64,000 nucleotides of DNA from Poseidonia sp. (GTDB lineage: Archaea > Thermoplasmatota > Poseidoniia > Poseidoniales > Poseidoniaceae), in the NCBI GenBank assembly GCA_016779705.1, contig JADHNB010000001.1, forward strand, positions 1,434 through 65,433. Direction: 5' to 3'. Shown here piece by piece: positions 41,098 through 50,334 of the stretch. The notes under the pieces were generated by a model, which was not told the DNA's origin, did no database searches, and saw nothing but the letters and a program-made list of their open reading frames with translations. The position numbers and the translations under genes are program-made. Every line of letters starts with the position of its first letter. Positions within the stretch are counted from its first letter, which is position 1.

Positions 41098-41418
41098 CTA
41101 ATCCAGCATCTGGAGAATATCCTCAGGCGGGCGTCCAATGATCGCCCTGCCGTCGGCAACGAGCACCGGTCGCTCAAGCAACTTGGGTTGGTTGCTCAAG
41201 AGCGCTTTGACGTCTTCGGGAGTGATAAGCGTGTCCATCACGGCCTTACCCGCGTCTTTTTTGCGCACAATGCCCTCCAAGCCGGAGAGCACATCGAGGT
41301 CTTCCAAGGCGATTCCCTCCTCGAGGTAACGGTGCACCTCCACCTCAACGCCACGTTCGGTTAACAGGGCCAGAGCCTGTCGGGATTTGGAACAGCGAGG
41401 GTTGTGGTACAGGCGCAT
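41098..41418 (-). CDS. ArsC/Spx/YffB family thioredoxin-fold protein
   Basis: MRLYHNPRCSKSRQALALL (Cys-x-x-Ser/Cys active-site context of the ArsC family). Start at internal Met. Confidence 0.65.
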   Translation of the reverse strand: MRLYHNPRCSKSRQALALLTERGVEVEVHRYLEEGIALEDLDVLSGLEGIVRKKDAGKAVMDTLITPEDVKALLSNQPKLLERPVLVADGRAIIGRPPEDILQMLD

Positions 41419-41465
41419 GGTCGGTGGACGCATGAGCCCCCCATCAAGGCATGCCTTGTCCGGCT

Positions 41466-42110
41466 TCAATCCGTTCGCATCAAGTGAAAGCGGATCACGG
41501 CGGCCGGTCCGCGGTGCAAATCGGATTCATCAAGCACCGTCTCCTCCACCGCTGCGTGGATCACGTCCATTGACGGTGCTTCGGGTCCGGTGAGTTCAGC
41601 GAGCACTTCATCGAGGTCAAACAGCAGGTCGAACGACTTTGGTCCACCGCTGGAGAAGTTGAGCTGGGTTTTGTGGTAGCCCTCCATCACGAAATGGCCG
41701 CCGGGCGCAAGGGCGTGGAGCATGCGGGGCATGTGCTTCTTGCGCACGGCGGGCGGGGTGTGAAACCAGGAGCAAGCGATGAGAGCGTAGTGGTTGGTGG
41801 CGAAGTCCCGCAGGACCAAATCGTCCACTTCGTACGCCACCTTGACGCCGTGTTCGGCAGCAAGACGGTGACATTTCTTCTCCCCCTCGGCTGAGAGGTC
41901 AAACACGGTGGCTTGCCACCCTTCCCTGGCGGCCCACACCGCATTGCGCCCCTCTCCGTCGGCCGGAAACAAGGCGGCTGGGTTCGGTTCGGGGGACAGG
42001 GTCTCGACCACCGATTTGAGCCACACGTTTGGTTCCTTTCCGTAAGCGAAGTGGTCGTGAGCGAAGCGTTGGTCCCACATGGAACCGTCGGATGGTTGGT
42101 CGGGGTTCAT
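41466..42110 (-). CDS. Class I SAM-dependent methyltransferase
   Basis: Rossmann-like methyltransferase region (VFDLSAEGEKKCHRLAAEHGV...). ATGA overlap with upstream rqcH-like gene. Confidence 0.6.
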   Translation of the reverse strand: MNPDQPSDGSMWDQRFAHDHFAYGKEPNVWLKSVVETLSPEPNPAALFPADGEGRNAVWAAREGWQATVFDLSAEGEKKCHRLAAEHGVKVAYEVDDLVLRDFATNHYALIACSWFHTPPAVRKKHMPRMLHALAPGGHFVMEGYHKTQLNFSSGGPKSFDLLFDLDEVLAELTGPEAPSMDVIHAAVEETVLDESDLHRGPAAVIRFHLMRTD

Positions 42111-44269
42111 TCTTCTTCCTCCGAAGGGGGTGGGGTGAGCATGCCGTGCTCGTCGACCACGTCGCAAGAACCCGGCAACACGGCGAGCAAGTCATCGGTT
42201 GAGAGACCGGTTGTTTTGTAGATGGTGTTGGCCAACTGCTCTTTCTTCGTCATGCCGGGGGCCAGGACCGCATACCTCGGGCAGCGTTCAGCGATGAACG
42301 CCGGTGTTCCCGTCACGACGAGCGGGACACCGTTGACGGCGATGACGCCAATGGCGAGACGCACGTCCATGTCCTTGTACCAGGTCCGTTGTCCACGGAT
42401 GACGAAGGCACCCTTGCCAACGAACTCACCGGTCTGAGCGGATTTGGAAACCTGGGCCGGTTTGACGCTATAGACCGTGCCATGGGCGCCGCCTCCGTTC
42501 CACGCTCGACTCCAACAAAGGGCCAAGGTGGCCGCTTGCTCAAGCGCCTGCTCGCTGGCGTTTCCGTCGGGCAATTTGTCCACCAAGCGGTATGCCGGAA
42601 TGTCCGGAGGAAGGTGAGGCGGCCGTCGGTCATCAAGCACGAACCCTTGGCTGGCTCGCCAACTGCACGAAGGGGCCCCGTGAAGGTCAGCGTGGAAGTA
42701 CAGGTCGTCGCCCGAAAGGTGCTTCTTGACCACGGCATCGTTGCCTTTGGCGTCTTTTCCACCGATGAGCAAATGGCCGCCTTCGGTCATGCCCCATCGG
42801 TGTTGCTCGAACCACATGCGCTTGCTTCGCTTCAGGCGTTTGAGTTTCCCGCTCGCCTTTTGTTTCTCTTCGTTTTTCCTGGCTCGCTTCAATTTCCGTT
42901 CGGTTTCTTCCAAGGCTGAAACGGCCCCTGAGGTTTTGCTCTTCTGTTTGCGAGCCGCTTCGAAGTAGCGCTGAGCGTTTTGGTGGACGGTGGCATCAAG
43001 CTCGAGGAGGATTTGAGGGCCGTTGGGGGCGTTGTTCTCGTCGGGCAGCACGGCGGTGATGGTGCGCTCTGCTGGAGAGGCGTTCACGATCCAAGGAATC
43101 GCTTTCACCGCCTTCTTCACGGCGTCCCAGCCGTCCTTGGCCACGGCTTCGTTGGTTTGCTGAAGCAAGCCTTCGACGTGGTTCCAATGCTCTTGAATCA
43201 AGTGGCCAAGGCGCTGTTGCCGCTCAATTTTCTCGCCAAAACCCTCCAGGGCTTGTTCTTGCTGAGCCTTTCGTCGCTCAAGCCGTTCAACCTCGGTTGA
43301 TTGACCTCGGCCGGGGGCAACTTGGTCCATGCGTTCCTCTTCTCGTCGTTGGAGGGCGTGAGCGTCGTGAGAACCCTTCCAAACATCGATGACCTCGCAT
43401 AGTGAAGAAAAACTCACTCGCGGCATGCCGTGGTGAACAGGGAGGAGAATGGGCGTGGCTTCCACCCCTCGCATCGACAGCCAATGGTGCTGAGCAGCGT
43501 GGTCCATCGAGGCCAAAACCTTGGCCCAATCCTCGCCGTCCTCGGCCGTCAAGGCCAACATCAGATGCGCCTGGGAAGGGGCTTCGAGGTCCTCAAGGAG
43601 TTGGCGTAGCGCGGCGAACAAAGCGTTCACGTCGGCCTCGGAAGGCTCCGAGTTCGGCTCGTGGTCGGCCAGTTCACACACGGCGTTGGCGTGCGTCGCT
43701 CCAAGGTTGATCTTCCCACCGAGCGTTGAGACCAAGTCTCGGTCGGACTCGGCAAAAATGGCGGTCAGGCCTTCAAGGGTGAGGTCGTAGGGGTCAACGG
43801 CGGGCGGGGGGGGCGCGTAAGCGACGCCTTTCTTCAACGTCCGACCAGCATAGGACGCGTGGGTCAGGGGTTGGATGATGATGCCCTCCTCGTCGACGAG
43901 GATGATGTTCCCGTCTCGAAACACCTCGACATACAACGTTCGGGCGCCCCCTTTGGTGTCGAACGAAAACGCCAGCACACGGTCAAAACCGAGTTGTTCC
44001 ACCTTCGTCAATCGAGCGTTTCGCAGGTGCTTGCGGAGCACCATGGCAAACGGGGGAGGCGTCATGGGCATGGGTCGGTCGCGTTGCGAGGTGTAGATCC
44101 GCTCGCCTCGAACGAAGACCAAATCCCGTTGGTCGGCTTCTTTTGGGTTGACGCGCAGCACGATTTGCTCGTAGTGGGGCATGTAGGCTTTCTTGACGTA
44201 CGCCCCGCTCAAAGCGTCCAGTTCCCGGGCCATGGCGCGAAGGTCAAACCCCGACATGGCCTTCTTCAT
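42107..44269 (-). CDS. rqcH: NFACT-family protein (Rqc2/NEMF/RqcH/FbpA homolog, ribosome quality control)
   Basis: NFACT-N conserved block (FDLRAMARELDA..KAYMPHYEQIVLRV..PPPFAMVLRKHLRNARL) and DUF814-like C-terminal block (DLYFHADLHGAPS). Confidence 0.8.
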   Translation of the reverse strand: MKKAMSGFDLRAMARELDALSGAYVKKAYMPHYEQIVLRVNPKEADQRDLVFVRGERIYTSQRDRPMPMTPPPFAMVLRKHLRNARLTKVEQLGFDRVLAFSFDTKGGARTLYVEVFRDGNIILVDEEGIIIQPLTHASYAGRTLKKGVAYAPPPPAVDPYDLTLEGLTAIFAESDRDLVSTLGGKINLGATHANAVCELADHEPNSEPSEADVNALFAALRQLLEDLEAPSQAHLMLALTAEDGEDWAKVLASMDHAAQHHWLSMRGVEATPILLPVHHGMPRVSFSSLCEVIDVWKGSHDAHALQRREEERMDQVAPGRGQSTEVERLERRKAQQEQALEGFGEKIERQQRLGHLIQEHWNHVEGLLQQTNEAVAKDGWDAVKKAVKAIPWIVNASPAERTITAVLPDENNAPNGPQILLELDATVHQNAQRYFEAARKQKSKTSGAVSALEETERKLKRARKNEEKQKASGKLKRLKRSKRMWFEQHRWGMTEGGHLLIGGKDAKGNDAVVKKHLSGDDLYFHADLHGAPSCSWRASQGFVLDDRRPPHLPPDIPAYRLVDKLPDGNASEQALEQAATLALCWSRAWNGGGAHGTVYSVKPAQVSKSAQTGEFVGKGAFVIRGQRTWYKDMDVRLAIGVIAVNGVPLVVTGTPAFIAERCPRYAVLAPGMTKKEQLANTIYKTTGLSTDDLLAVLPGSCDVVDEHGMLTPPPSEEEE

Positions 44270-44345
44270 GCGTCCACCCGGTCAATTCCAATCGGTGAGG
44301 TGTGATGAAGGTTTCATGGTCTCGGAACCGAGACCGAACCCGGCA

Positions 44346-45389
44346 TCACGGACGGGCTTCATCCTCGTCCTCGTTGAATTGGAGCAGGACTTTACCGATG
44401 TTCTTGGCGTCGTGCAGGTGCTGATGGGCTTCTTGCACGGCTTCGGCAGGGAACACTCGGTCCACGATGGGTTCGAGATGACCGGTCTGGATGCCTTCTA
44501 CGATTCGAGAGAGTTGAGCGTGCATCACCGCTTCGTCCGACCAGGTGCCCATGTGCACTCCGAACACGGCACGATTTCGCGTCATCAATCGAAGGGCGTC
44601 AAACTTGGGCGTTTTCCTCAAAGCGAACATGGCTCTGAGCAACGAGCGTTTGCCGGACGGGGCGGCGGCTGACAATCCGTAGGTGTACAAACGACCGCCT
44701 TCCGCCAAGCTTGACAAGCTTCGCTTCAGGTGTTCGCCACCGATGGGGTCAAGGATGTGGTCAACGCCTCGCCCATCGGTTTCGGAGCGAACGATGCTTG
44801 CAAAATCTTCACGGTGACGGTCGATGGGTCGGGCGCCGTACTGTTCCAAAATGTGGTGCTTGGGTTTGGAGGAGGTGGCCCATACCTTGCTGACGCCGGC
44901 CCAGCGGCACAACTGCAGGGCCGCCGTACCCACCCCTCCGGCTCCGCCATGAATCAAGACCGAATCGTCGGCTTTCAGGTGGCCCAGATGGTGCAGCATG
45001 TGGTGGGCCGTGAGGTAGGTGACGGGGGTGGCGGCGGCCGTTTTCAAGGCGATGTCGTCGGGCAAGGAGATCACGCGGTCTTGTGAAACCACCACGTGGC
45101 TGGCCTGTCCGCCGTTGCGCATCGCAGCCACCACGCGCTGGCCTGGCGAGAAACCGGTGACGCCTTCACCCAACGCTTCAACGATTCCGCTTACCTCGTA
45201 GCCGGGTGTGAACGGGTAGGGTGGCCGGGGTTGGTAGAACCCCATCCTCATCAGCAGGTCGGCGAAATTGATACCGGCGTAGACCACGCGGACCCTCACT
45301 TCATGGCTTCCCGGCTGAGGAACCTCCATGGCTTCCGTACCAATGCAGTCCACGCCTCCGGCTTTTCGAATCACCACGCGTTGTCCCAT
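44346..45389 (-). CDS. qor: Zinc-binding/NADPH quinone oxidoreductase (MDR superfamily)
   Basis: MDR GroES-like region (VRVRVVYAGINFADLLMRMGFY) plus Rossmann (VLIHGGAGGVGTAALQL). Start overlaps the upstream stop (ATGA). Confidence 0.75.
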   Translation of the reverse strand: MGQRVVIRKAGGVDCIGTEAMEVPQPGSHEVRVRVVYAGINFADLLMRMGFYQPRPPYPFTPGYEVSGIVEALGEGVTGFSPGQRVVAAMRNGGQASHVVVSQDRVISLPDDIALKTAAATPVTYLTAHHMLHHLGHLKADDSVLIHGGAGGVGTAALQLCRWAGVSKVWATSSKPKHHILEQYGARPIDRHREDFASIVRSETDGRGVDHILDPIGGEHLKRSLSSLAEGGRLYTYGLSAAAPSGKRSLLRAMFALRKTPKFDALRLMTRNRAVFGVHMGTWSDEAVMHAQLSRIVEGIQTGHLEPIVDRVFPAEAVQEAHQHLHDAKNIGKVLLQFNEDEDEARP

Positions 45390-46903
45390 CACACGACCTC
45401 CTTGAGGAACCATTCACCGTTCTTGCTGGCGAGGTTGCCTGAGGCTTCGTGCGCCAACAAGTGCGAAAGCGTTTGGTCAACCGCCAACCCAGGATGCGCA
45501 TCAGGGGAGTCGGCATAGGCTTGCTTGGCGATGGATTCAACCGTGGTCAACCCTCCTTGAACCGCTGCGAACACGCGGGCGTGGCGGGCCTTCCGGTGGT
45601 CAATGTAATGTTGAATCAAGCGTTCGGGAATCGCCACGACCGGGCCATGACTGGGGAACACGAGGTGCGGCTGGAGGGCTTTGAGACGTTCCAATTGCTC
45701 GAGGTACGTGTTCATGTCGCCGCTTCCCGGTGGGATGAGGATGGTACCGATTCCGGCGACCATGTCGCCGGCCACCAAGCCGGCTTCGCCCAAGAGACAG
45801 ACATGGCCGGGGTGATGGCCGGGCGTGATCAGCACCGTCCAGGCTTGTTCACCAAGTTGCAGGATATCGCCATCCTCAAGAATCCGGTCACACGGCACGC
45901 TGCGGGCGGTGTGTTCGCTGCCCCAAATCGGCACATCAAACGCTTCTCGCAGCAACGACATGTCCGCTAGATGGTCGCCGTGACTGTGCGTGAACACCAC
46001 GGCTTCCAACCGGCCTCGATGGCGTTCAACCGCCGTGGCCAGGGCTTCCATGTCTTCTCGCATGCGGATGGCCGGGTCGACCAACACAAAGGCCCCCTCG
46101 GGGTCGCCCACCAGGTAGCAGTTCGTGTGGTCGGCCGGGGGAAGCGTGGCCGTTTTGATGGGCACCACTTCGACGCCGTGAGCGAACAGGATGGAACGTC
46201 GTCCCGGGAGTCGGGCGGCGATGTCGTCGGCGGCCTGGCCCATGTCTCGGTCAAATCGGTCCAGCGTTCGTTCGATTTCCATCAGAAGCGTGACCACGGG
46301 AGGAGCGACCTTGATTTCATGGGCCCGCCAGCGAGCAAGAATCTCAGCCGGTGGCGACCACATGACCTCGGTAAATTCAGTTTGAGGTTCCAAATCAATG
46401 TCGGGCACCGTTTCCCAAGGCCCTGCATGAACGTGGAGGAAGGCGTTGTCGAATTGAACGGGACCGAAGGGTGGTGTGATGCGGTGGCTGAGCGTTTTGA
46501 TTTGACGGCGGTCAACCGGAAACGCCCCGGCTTTGGCGAGCGGAAGCCATTGCGTCTTGTCATCCACGATGCTACGTCGTACATCGTCGGGTAGGGCAGC
46601 GACGCCGTTTCCATAGGGATACAACCCCAATTCCTCGCTCATCTCCCGCAAAATGCACGCTATTGATGCGGCTTCTTGTCCCTCAAGTTCGGGTAGGTTC
46701 TCAACCGCAGCACGGTCCACTGAGGAAACCCCGCCTCCTGGGAACGCCCAGTAACTTGGGAAGGCCCGCATCGTTGGGGAGCGCAGGCCCAACAGGACCT
46801 CCACGCCTTTCGGACCGTCCCTGGTTATGGTCATGGTCGCCGTTGGGCGAGGTTGGCCGCGCTGGGGAGCAGGTAATTGAACCCCGGCCGGCACTTCACT
46901 CAT
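45389..46903 (-). CDS. Two-domain protein: N-terminal NUDIX hydrolase fused to C-terminal MBL-fold metallo-hydrolase
   Basis: Nudix box GGGVSSVDRAAVENLPELEGQEAASIACILREMSEELGL. MBL motif VFTHSHGDHLAD (HxHxDH) with downstream His/Asp ligands. Confidence 0.7.
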   Translation of the reverse strand: MSEVPAGVQLPAPQRGQPRPTATMTITRDGPKGVEVLLGLRSPTMRAFPSYWAFPGGGVSSVDRAAVENLPELEGQEAASIACILREMSEELGLYPYGNGVAALPDDVRRSIVDDKTQWLPLAKAGAFPVDRRQIKTLSHRITPPFGPVQFDNAFLHVHAGPWETVPDIDLEPQTEFTEVMWSPPAEILARWRAHEIKVAPPVVTLLMEIERTLDRFDRDMGQAADDIAARLPGRRSILFAHGVEVVPIKTATLPPADHTNCYLVGDPEGAFVLVDPAIRMREDMEALATAVERHRGRLEAVVFTHSHGDHLADMSLLREAFDVPIWGSEHTARSVPCDRILEDGDILQLGEQAWTVLITPGHHPGHVCLLGEAGLVAGDMVAGIGTILIPPGSGDMNTYLEQLERLKALQPHLVFPSHGPVVAIPERLIQHYIDHRKARHARVFAAVQGGLTTVESIAKQAYADSPDAHPGLAVDQTLSHLLAHEASGNLASKNGEWFLKEVV

Positions 46904-47024
46904 GCATCGGCGTTGCCCACGGGGCTTTCAAAGGCTTGTGAGGTTGGTCTTAGGAGAGAATGTGCTGGGCGGACATGGGCTTGGACGGCGTGTGCTTGAA
47001 ATATCTTGCAACCCAGCCAACACC

Positions 47025-47219
47025 ATGACTCACGATTCGGTGGAGGAGCACCTCGCCGAATTGGCGGATTTGGTCGCCCAAGCCGAGGCCATGGGCATTG
47101 ATTTGTGGCCGGACCCCAAACCCGCCCGGCCGTGGGCAAAATACGCCTTGGCTTCGTTCATGATCATCATGATGCTCTCGTGGGTCTCGAAGGTGCTGTT
47201 TCGATTTGCATCGGTGTGA
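47025..47219 (+). CDS. Small hypothetical protein (64 aa) with C-terminal hydrophobic helix
   Basis: ORF preceded by TTGAAATATCTTG about 25 nt upstream. No recognisable family. Confidence 0.25.
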   Translation: MTHDSVEEHLAELADLVAQAEAMGIDLWPDPKPARPWAKYALASFMIIMMLSWVSKVLFRFASV

Positions 47220-47273
47220 GTCGGAAGGAGCACCGTTGATTTCAAGAAGGCGACGCGCTTCGCACGGTCACAC

Positions 47274-47346
47274 AGTCCCTTAGTGTAGCGGTCCATCATG
47301 GAGGATTCTGGTTCCTCCGACCTCGGTTCGAATCCGGGAGGGACTA
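47274..47346 (+). tRNA. tRNA-Gln (anticodon CUG), no encoded CCA
   Basis: AGTCCCT-T-A-GTGT-AGCGGTCCA-TCAT-G-GAGGA-TTCTGGT-TCCTC-CGAC-CTCGG-TTCGAAT-CCGGG-AGGGACT-A. Cloverleaf with 7-bp acceptor and anticodon loop UUCUGGU. Confidence 0.9.
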
Positions 47347-47453
47347 CTTTCAGACCGTCGCATCATCATCATTCCATGCCGCAGCCCGTTGGTTTAGGGA
47401 GCCCTAAACATTATATCACGCAGAGTTTTCGGGTGACCTAAATCCACCTTGAG

Positions 47454-48494
47454 GTGTCCATGGTGCTGTCATCTTCTCGCCTCCTACCGGTCCTCTTTTC
47501 CCTGTTGATGGTCGTCAGCGGCATGAGCGGTTGCTTGGGCAACGACGACGACGACGTCCTTCGCATCGCCTTTGCTATCCAAGACGATTACGCCTCGTTC
47601 GATGATAACCCGCAGCGCTTAGCGGATTACTTGACCGAGGCTACGGGGATGAAGGTTGAGCTCTACCCGATCACTTCTGACGCTTTGGCCCTTGAAGCGC
47701 TTCGATTTGGCAGCGCCGACATGGCGTTTCTTGACAGCGGAGCGGCGTGGATGGGCTGGCAAGCCTACGGACTTGAGGCCATGGCTGCCAGCACCAACAG
47801 CGACGGCCGGACCTATTACAACGCTCAAGCCTGGGTGCTGAACGACAGCGAGGCAGGCCGTGCAGCCACCGACGGCGATGATGCTACCGACCCGTTCGAG
47901 GCGCTTGCGGGATCCGTCACCTGTCACACCGGCTGGCTCAAGTCGGCGGGCATGCTGATTCCGATGGGCTACTTCATCGGTCAAGGCTACGCTGAGGTGG
48001 TGGGGGACGAGGAGGACATCGAATCGCTTCGTTCCACCATCTTCAATCATTTTTCCGAAGACGCCGTTATCCCTGAATCAGGTTCGCTGTATTACGGCTA
48101 CGGGGGGGCGCTTCGTTGTTTGTCGGAGGGCGAAGGCGACGTGGCGTTTGTCAAGGATTCCAGCCTGGATGCGTATTGCCCAGCGGAGGGTTCCGCTGAG
48201 GCGTGGTGTCTTGAACGCGACCGGTATGTTCCTCTTCCAGCGTTTGGACAAGCTCCCTCGCACCCGTTGATGTTCCAACCAGATTCTATAGATGAAGAGA
48301 TGCAAACGAAGATTGCTGACGCTTTGTTGGCGCTAAATAAAAGCGAGGACGGGCAATCCATTCTCGCCTCGATCTTGAACACGAACAGCGTGGTGAAGGT
48401 TGACACGGTTTCCCATCTCGGCTCCTATGCCTCGCTGATCGAACACGTGCCCGGCATCGAGACTTACCTTGACGAACGCTATTCTTCGGAGTGA
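47454..48494 (+). CDS. phnD: ABC transporter substrate-binding lipoprotein, PhnD-like (phosphonate/phosphite/phosphate family)
   Basis: Signal peptide with lipobox-like SGMSGC followed by DDDD. Periplasmic-binding-protein fold. First gene of a binding protein-ATPase-permease operon. Confidence 0.55.
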   Translation: MSMVLSSSRLLPVLFSLLMVVSGMSGCLGNDDDDVLRIAFAIQDDYASFDDNPQRLADYLTEATGMKVELYPITSDALALEALRFGSADMAFLDSGAAWMGWQAYGLEAMAASTNSDGRTYYNAQAWVLNDSEAGRAATDGDDATDPFEALAGSVTCHTGWLKSAGMLIPMGYFIGQGYAEVVGDEEDIESLRSTIFNHFSEDAVIPESGSLYYGYGGALRCLSEGEGDVAFVKDSSLDAYCPAEGSAEAWCLERDRYVPLPAFGQAPSHPLMFQPDSIDEEMQTKIADALLALNKSEDGQSILASILNTNSVVKVDTVSHLGSYASLIEHVPGIETYLDERYSSE

Positions 48495-49162
48495 GTGGAA
48501 TGAAGGAAGTCCTCGTCCACCTTCACGACGTGAGCGTGGGCTACGACATGCCGCTCATTCGAGACATCAACCTCGAGATTGAATCGGGCGATGTCATTGC
48601 GGTCCTTGGGCCGTCAGGGATTGGAAAAACCACCCTCCTGAGAACCATTGCGGGTCTTGTGCGGCCGCTTGAAGGGGAGGTTGAATTGGGCGTTCCGCCT
48701 CGAGGAGGCTTGGGCTACATTCCTCAGCGCTTGGGCTTGGTTGGCAACAGCACGGTTCGGTCCAACGTTGAGATGGGCACTCGCGTTGGCCTGTCTCGAT
48801 GGTACCTTCCGTTTTTGCCGGTGCCTGAACAACAACGTCGTTACGCTGAACGGGCGATGGAAGACCTCGGCATCGCTCATCTGGCCGACCAACCCGTTCG
48901 AATTTTATCGGGTGGACAGCAGCGCAGGGTAGCCACGGCGAAAACCTTGGCCCAACGGCCAAAATTGGTCCTTGCAGACGAGTTTCTGGGTGAATTGGAC
49001 GACGACAACGTTGACATCGTGATGAAAACGGTGCGGTCGGCCATCGAGGCTCAAAATTCGGCCATGGTCATGGTTGAACACCACGAGGAGTTGGCCAAAC
49101 TCGTCGCGAACCGGGTGTGGCGAATCACCGAGGGTCGTTTGGTTGAAGAGGTGATGGAATGA
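48491..49162 (+). CDS. phnC: ABC transporter ATP-binding protein (PhnC-like)
   Basis: Walker A GPSGIGKTTLL, signature LSGGQQRRV, Walker B LVLADE. ATGA overlap with phnD. Confidence 0.8.
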   Translation: MSGMKEVLVHLHDVSVGYDMPLIRDINLEIESGDVIAVLGPSGIGKTTLLRTIAGLVRPLEGEVELGVPPRGGLGYIPQRLGLVGNSTVRSNVEMGTRVGLSRWYLPFLPVPEQQRRYAERAMEDLGIAHLADQPVRILSGGQQRRVATAKTLAQRPKLVLADEFLGELDDDNVDIVMKTVRSAIEAQNSAMVMVEHHEELAKLVANRVWRITEGRLVEEVME

Positions 49163-50073
49163 ACAAGCGCCTCGCTGCCTGGGGAGCGATTCTCTTGGGC
49201 TTGGCCGCCTATTTTTTCGTTGACATGGCGGGTGATTGGGGTCGGCTAAGTGGTGGCTGGGGTAACCTCCAACGGTTCTTCGCCGAGAGTCTTTGGCCGC
49301 CCAATTGGTCCGTGCTCGAAGCCCAATCGTATCCGGTGTGCGATGCGACCTTCGAATTCACCTGTTCCGTCGCTTGGATCGGAATGTGGGAAACCATCAA
49401 AATCGCCTTCGTCGCTACGGTGATTGGATTCTTGGTGGCGTTGCCGCTCTCGGTCTTGGCGGCCAGCAACCTCTCGCCCATCGAGGTCGCCCTCCCCGTC
49501 CGCATTCTCCTCGCCGGTATGCGAAGCCTTCCTTCCATCATCTGGGCGGTGCTGTTCATGATCATCTTCGACATCGGCGCTTTAGCTGGTATTTTCGCCA
49601 TGTCGTTCTACACCGTAGGGTACCTTGGGAAACTTCAGTTTGAGTCGATGGAGGGCATCAAAAACGCCCCCCTTGAAGCGGCCAAGGCCATGGGCATGAG
49701 TCGCTCCGAAACGGCTTGGTTGGTGGCCATTCCCGAATCGGCCAACAACCTCGTCAGCCACGTTCTGTTCATGTTCGAGTACAATGTTCGCCACGGTACG
49801 GTGATTGGATTGGTCGGTGCCGGTGGCATCGGCTTGTACATCAACACCTACCTGAAACTCGCTCAGTACGACAAGGTGGTCGCCCTGTTGTTGGTGGTGT
49901 TCGTGGTGGTGGTGCTCATCGATGCCCTTTCGATGATCGTCCGTTCAGCGGTGACCGAGGAAGGTGACGTCGAGCGCCCCTCGTGGTCCTCCTTGTTCTT
50001 ACCTGCCTCGATTTCATCGGCCATGCATCCAACGCCGATGCGCAAGGATGCCGATGTTCATGAAAGCGAATGA
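49159..50073 (+). CDS. phnE: ABC transporter permease (PhnE-like)
   Basis: Six hydrophobic helices, EAA-like loop region. ATGA overlap with the ATPase gene. Confidence 0.65.
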   Translation: MNKRLAAWGAILLGLAAYFFVDMAGDWGRLSGGWGNLQRFFAESLWPPNWSVLEAQSYPVCDATFEFTCSVAWIGMWETIKIAFVATVIGFLVALPLSVLAASNLSPIEVALPVRILLAGMRSLPSIIWAVLFMIIFDIGALAGIFAMSFYTVGYLGKLQFESMEGIKNAPLEAAKAMGMSRSETAWLVAIPESANNLVSHVLFMFEYNVRHGTVIGLVGAGGIGLYINTYLKLAQYDKVVALLLVVFVVVVLIDALSMIVRSAVTEEGDVERPSWSSLFLPASISSAMHPTPMRKDADVHESE

Positions 50074-50075
50074 AT

Positions 50076-50297
50076 TCAATCCGCTGCGATGTGAAGGGCG
50101 CCTTCTTTATAGAAAATTTGGATGCGGTCGGCGGCTTTCTTGGACAGGGCCGCCACGGCTTCGTACACTTCGTCTTCCGTGACCTTGAACGCCTTGGCGG
50201 CGTTTTTGGTTGACCATGGCTGCAAGTGGAAGTCGCTTTTGACCAGCCACTTCAACAATTTTGCCTCAAACTCGGTTAACTCGTCGGCCATGTTCAT
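50076..50297 (-). CDS. Small hypothetical protein (73 aa), possibly helix-turn-helix like
   Basis: MNMADELTEFEAKLLKWLVKSDFHLQPWSTKNAAKAFKVTEDEVYEAVAALSKKA. No recognisable family. Confidence 0.35.
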   Translation of the reverse strand: MNMADELTEFEAKLLKWLVKSDFHLQPWSTKNAAKAFKVTEDEVYEAVAALSKKAADRIQIFYKEGALHIAAD

Positions 50298-50334
50298 CCA
50301 TGGCGCCGTCCCTCAAAATAGCACCGATGGGCGC

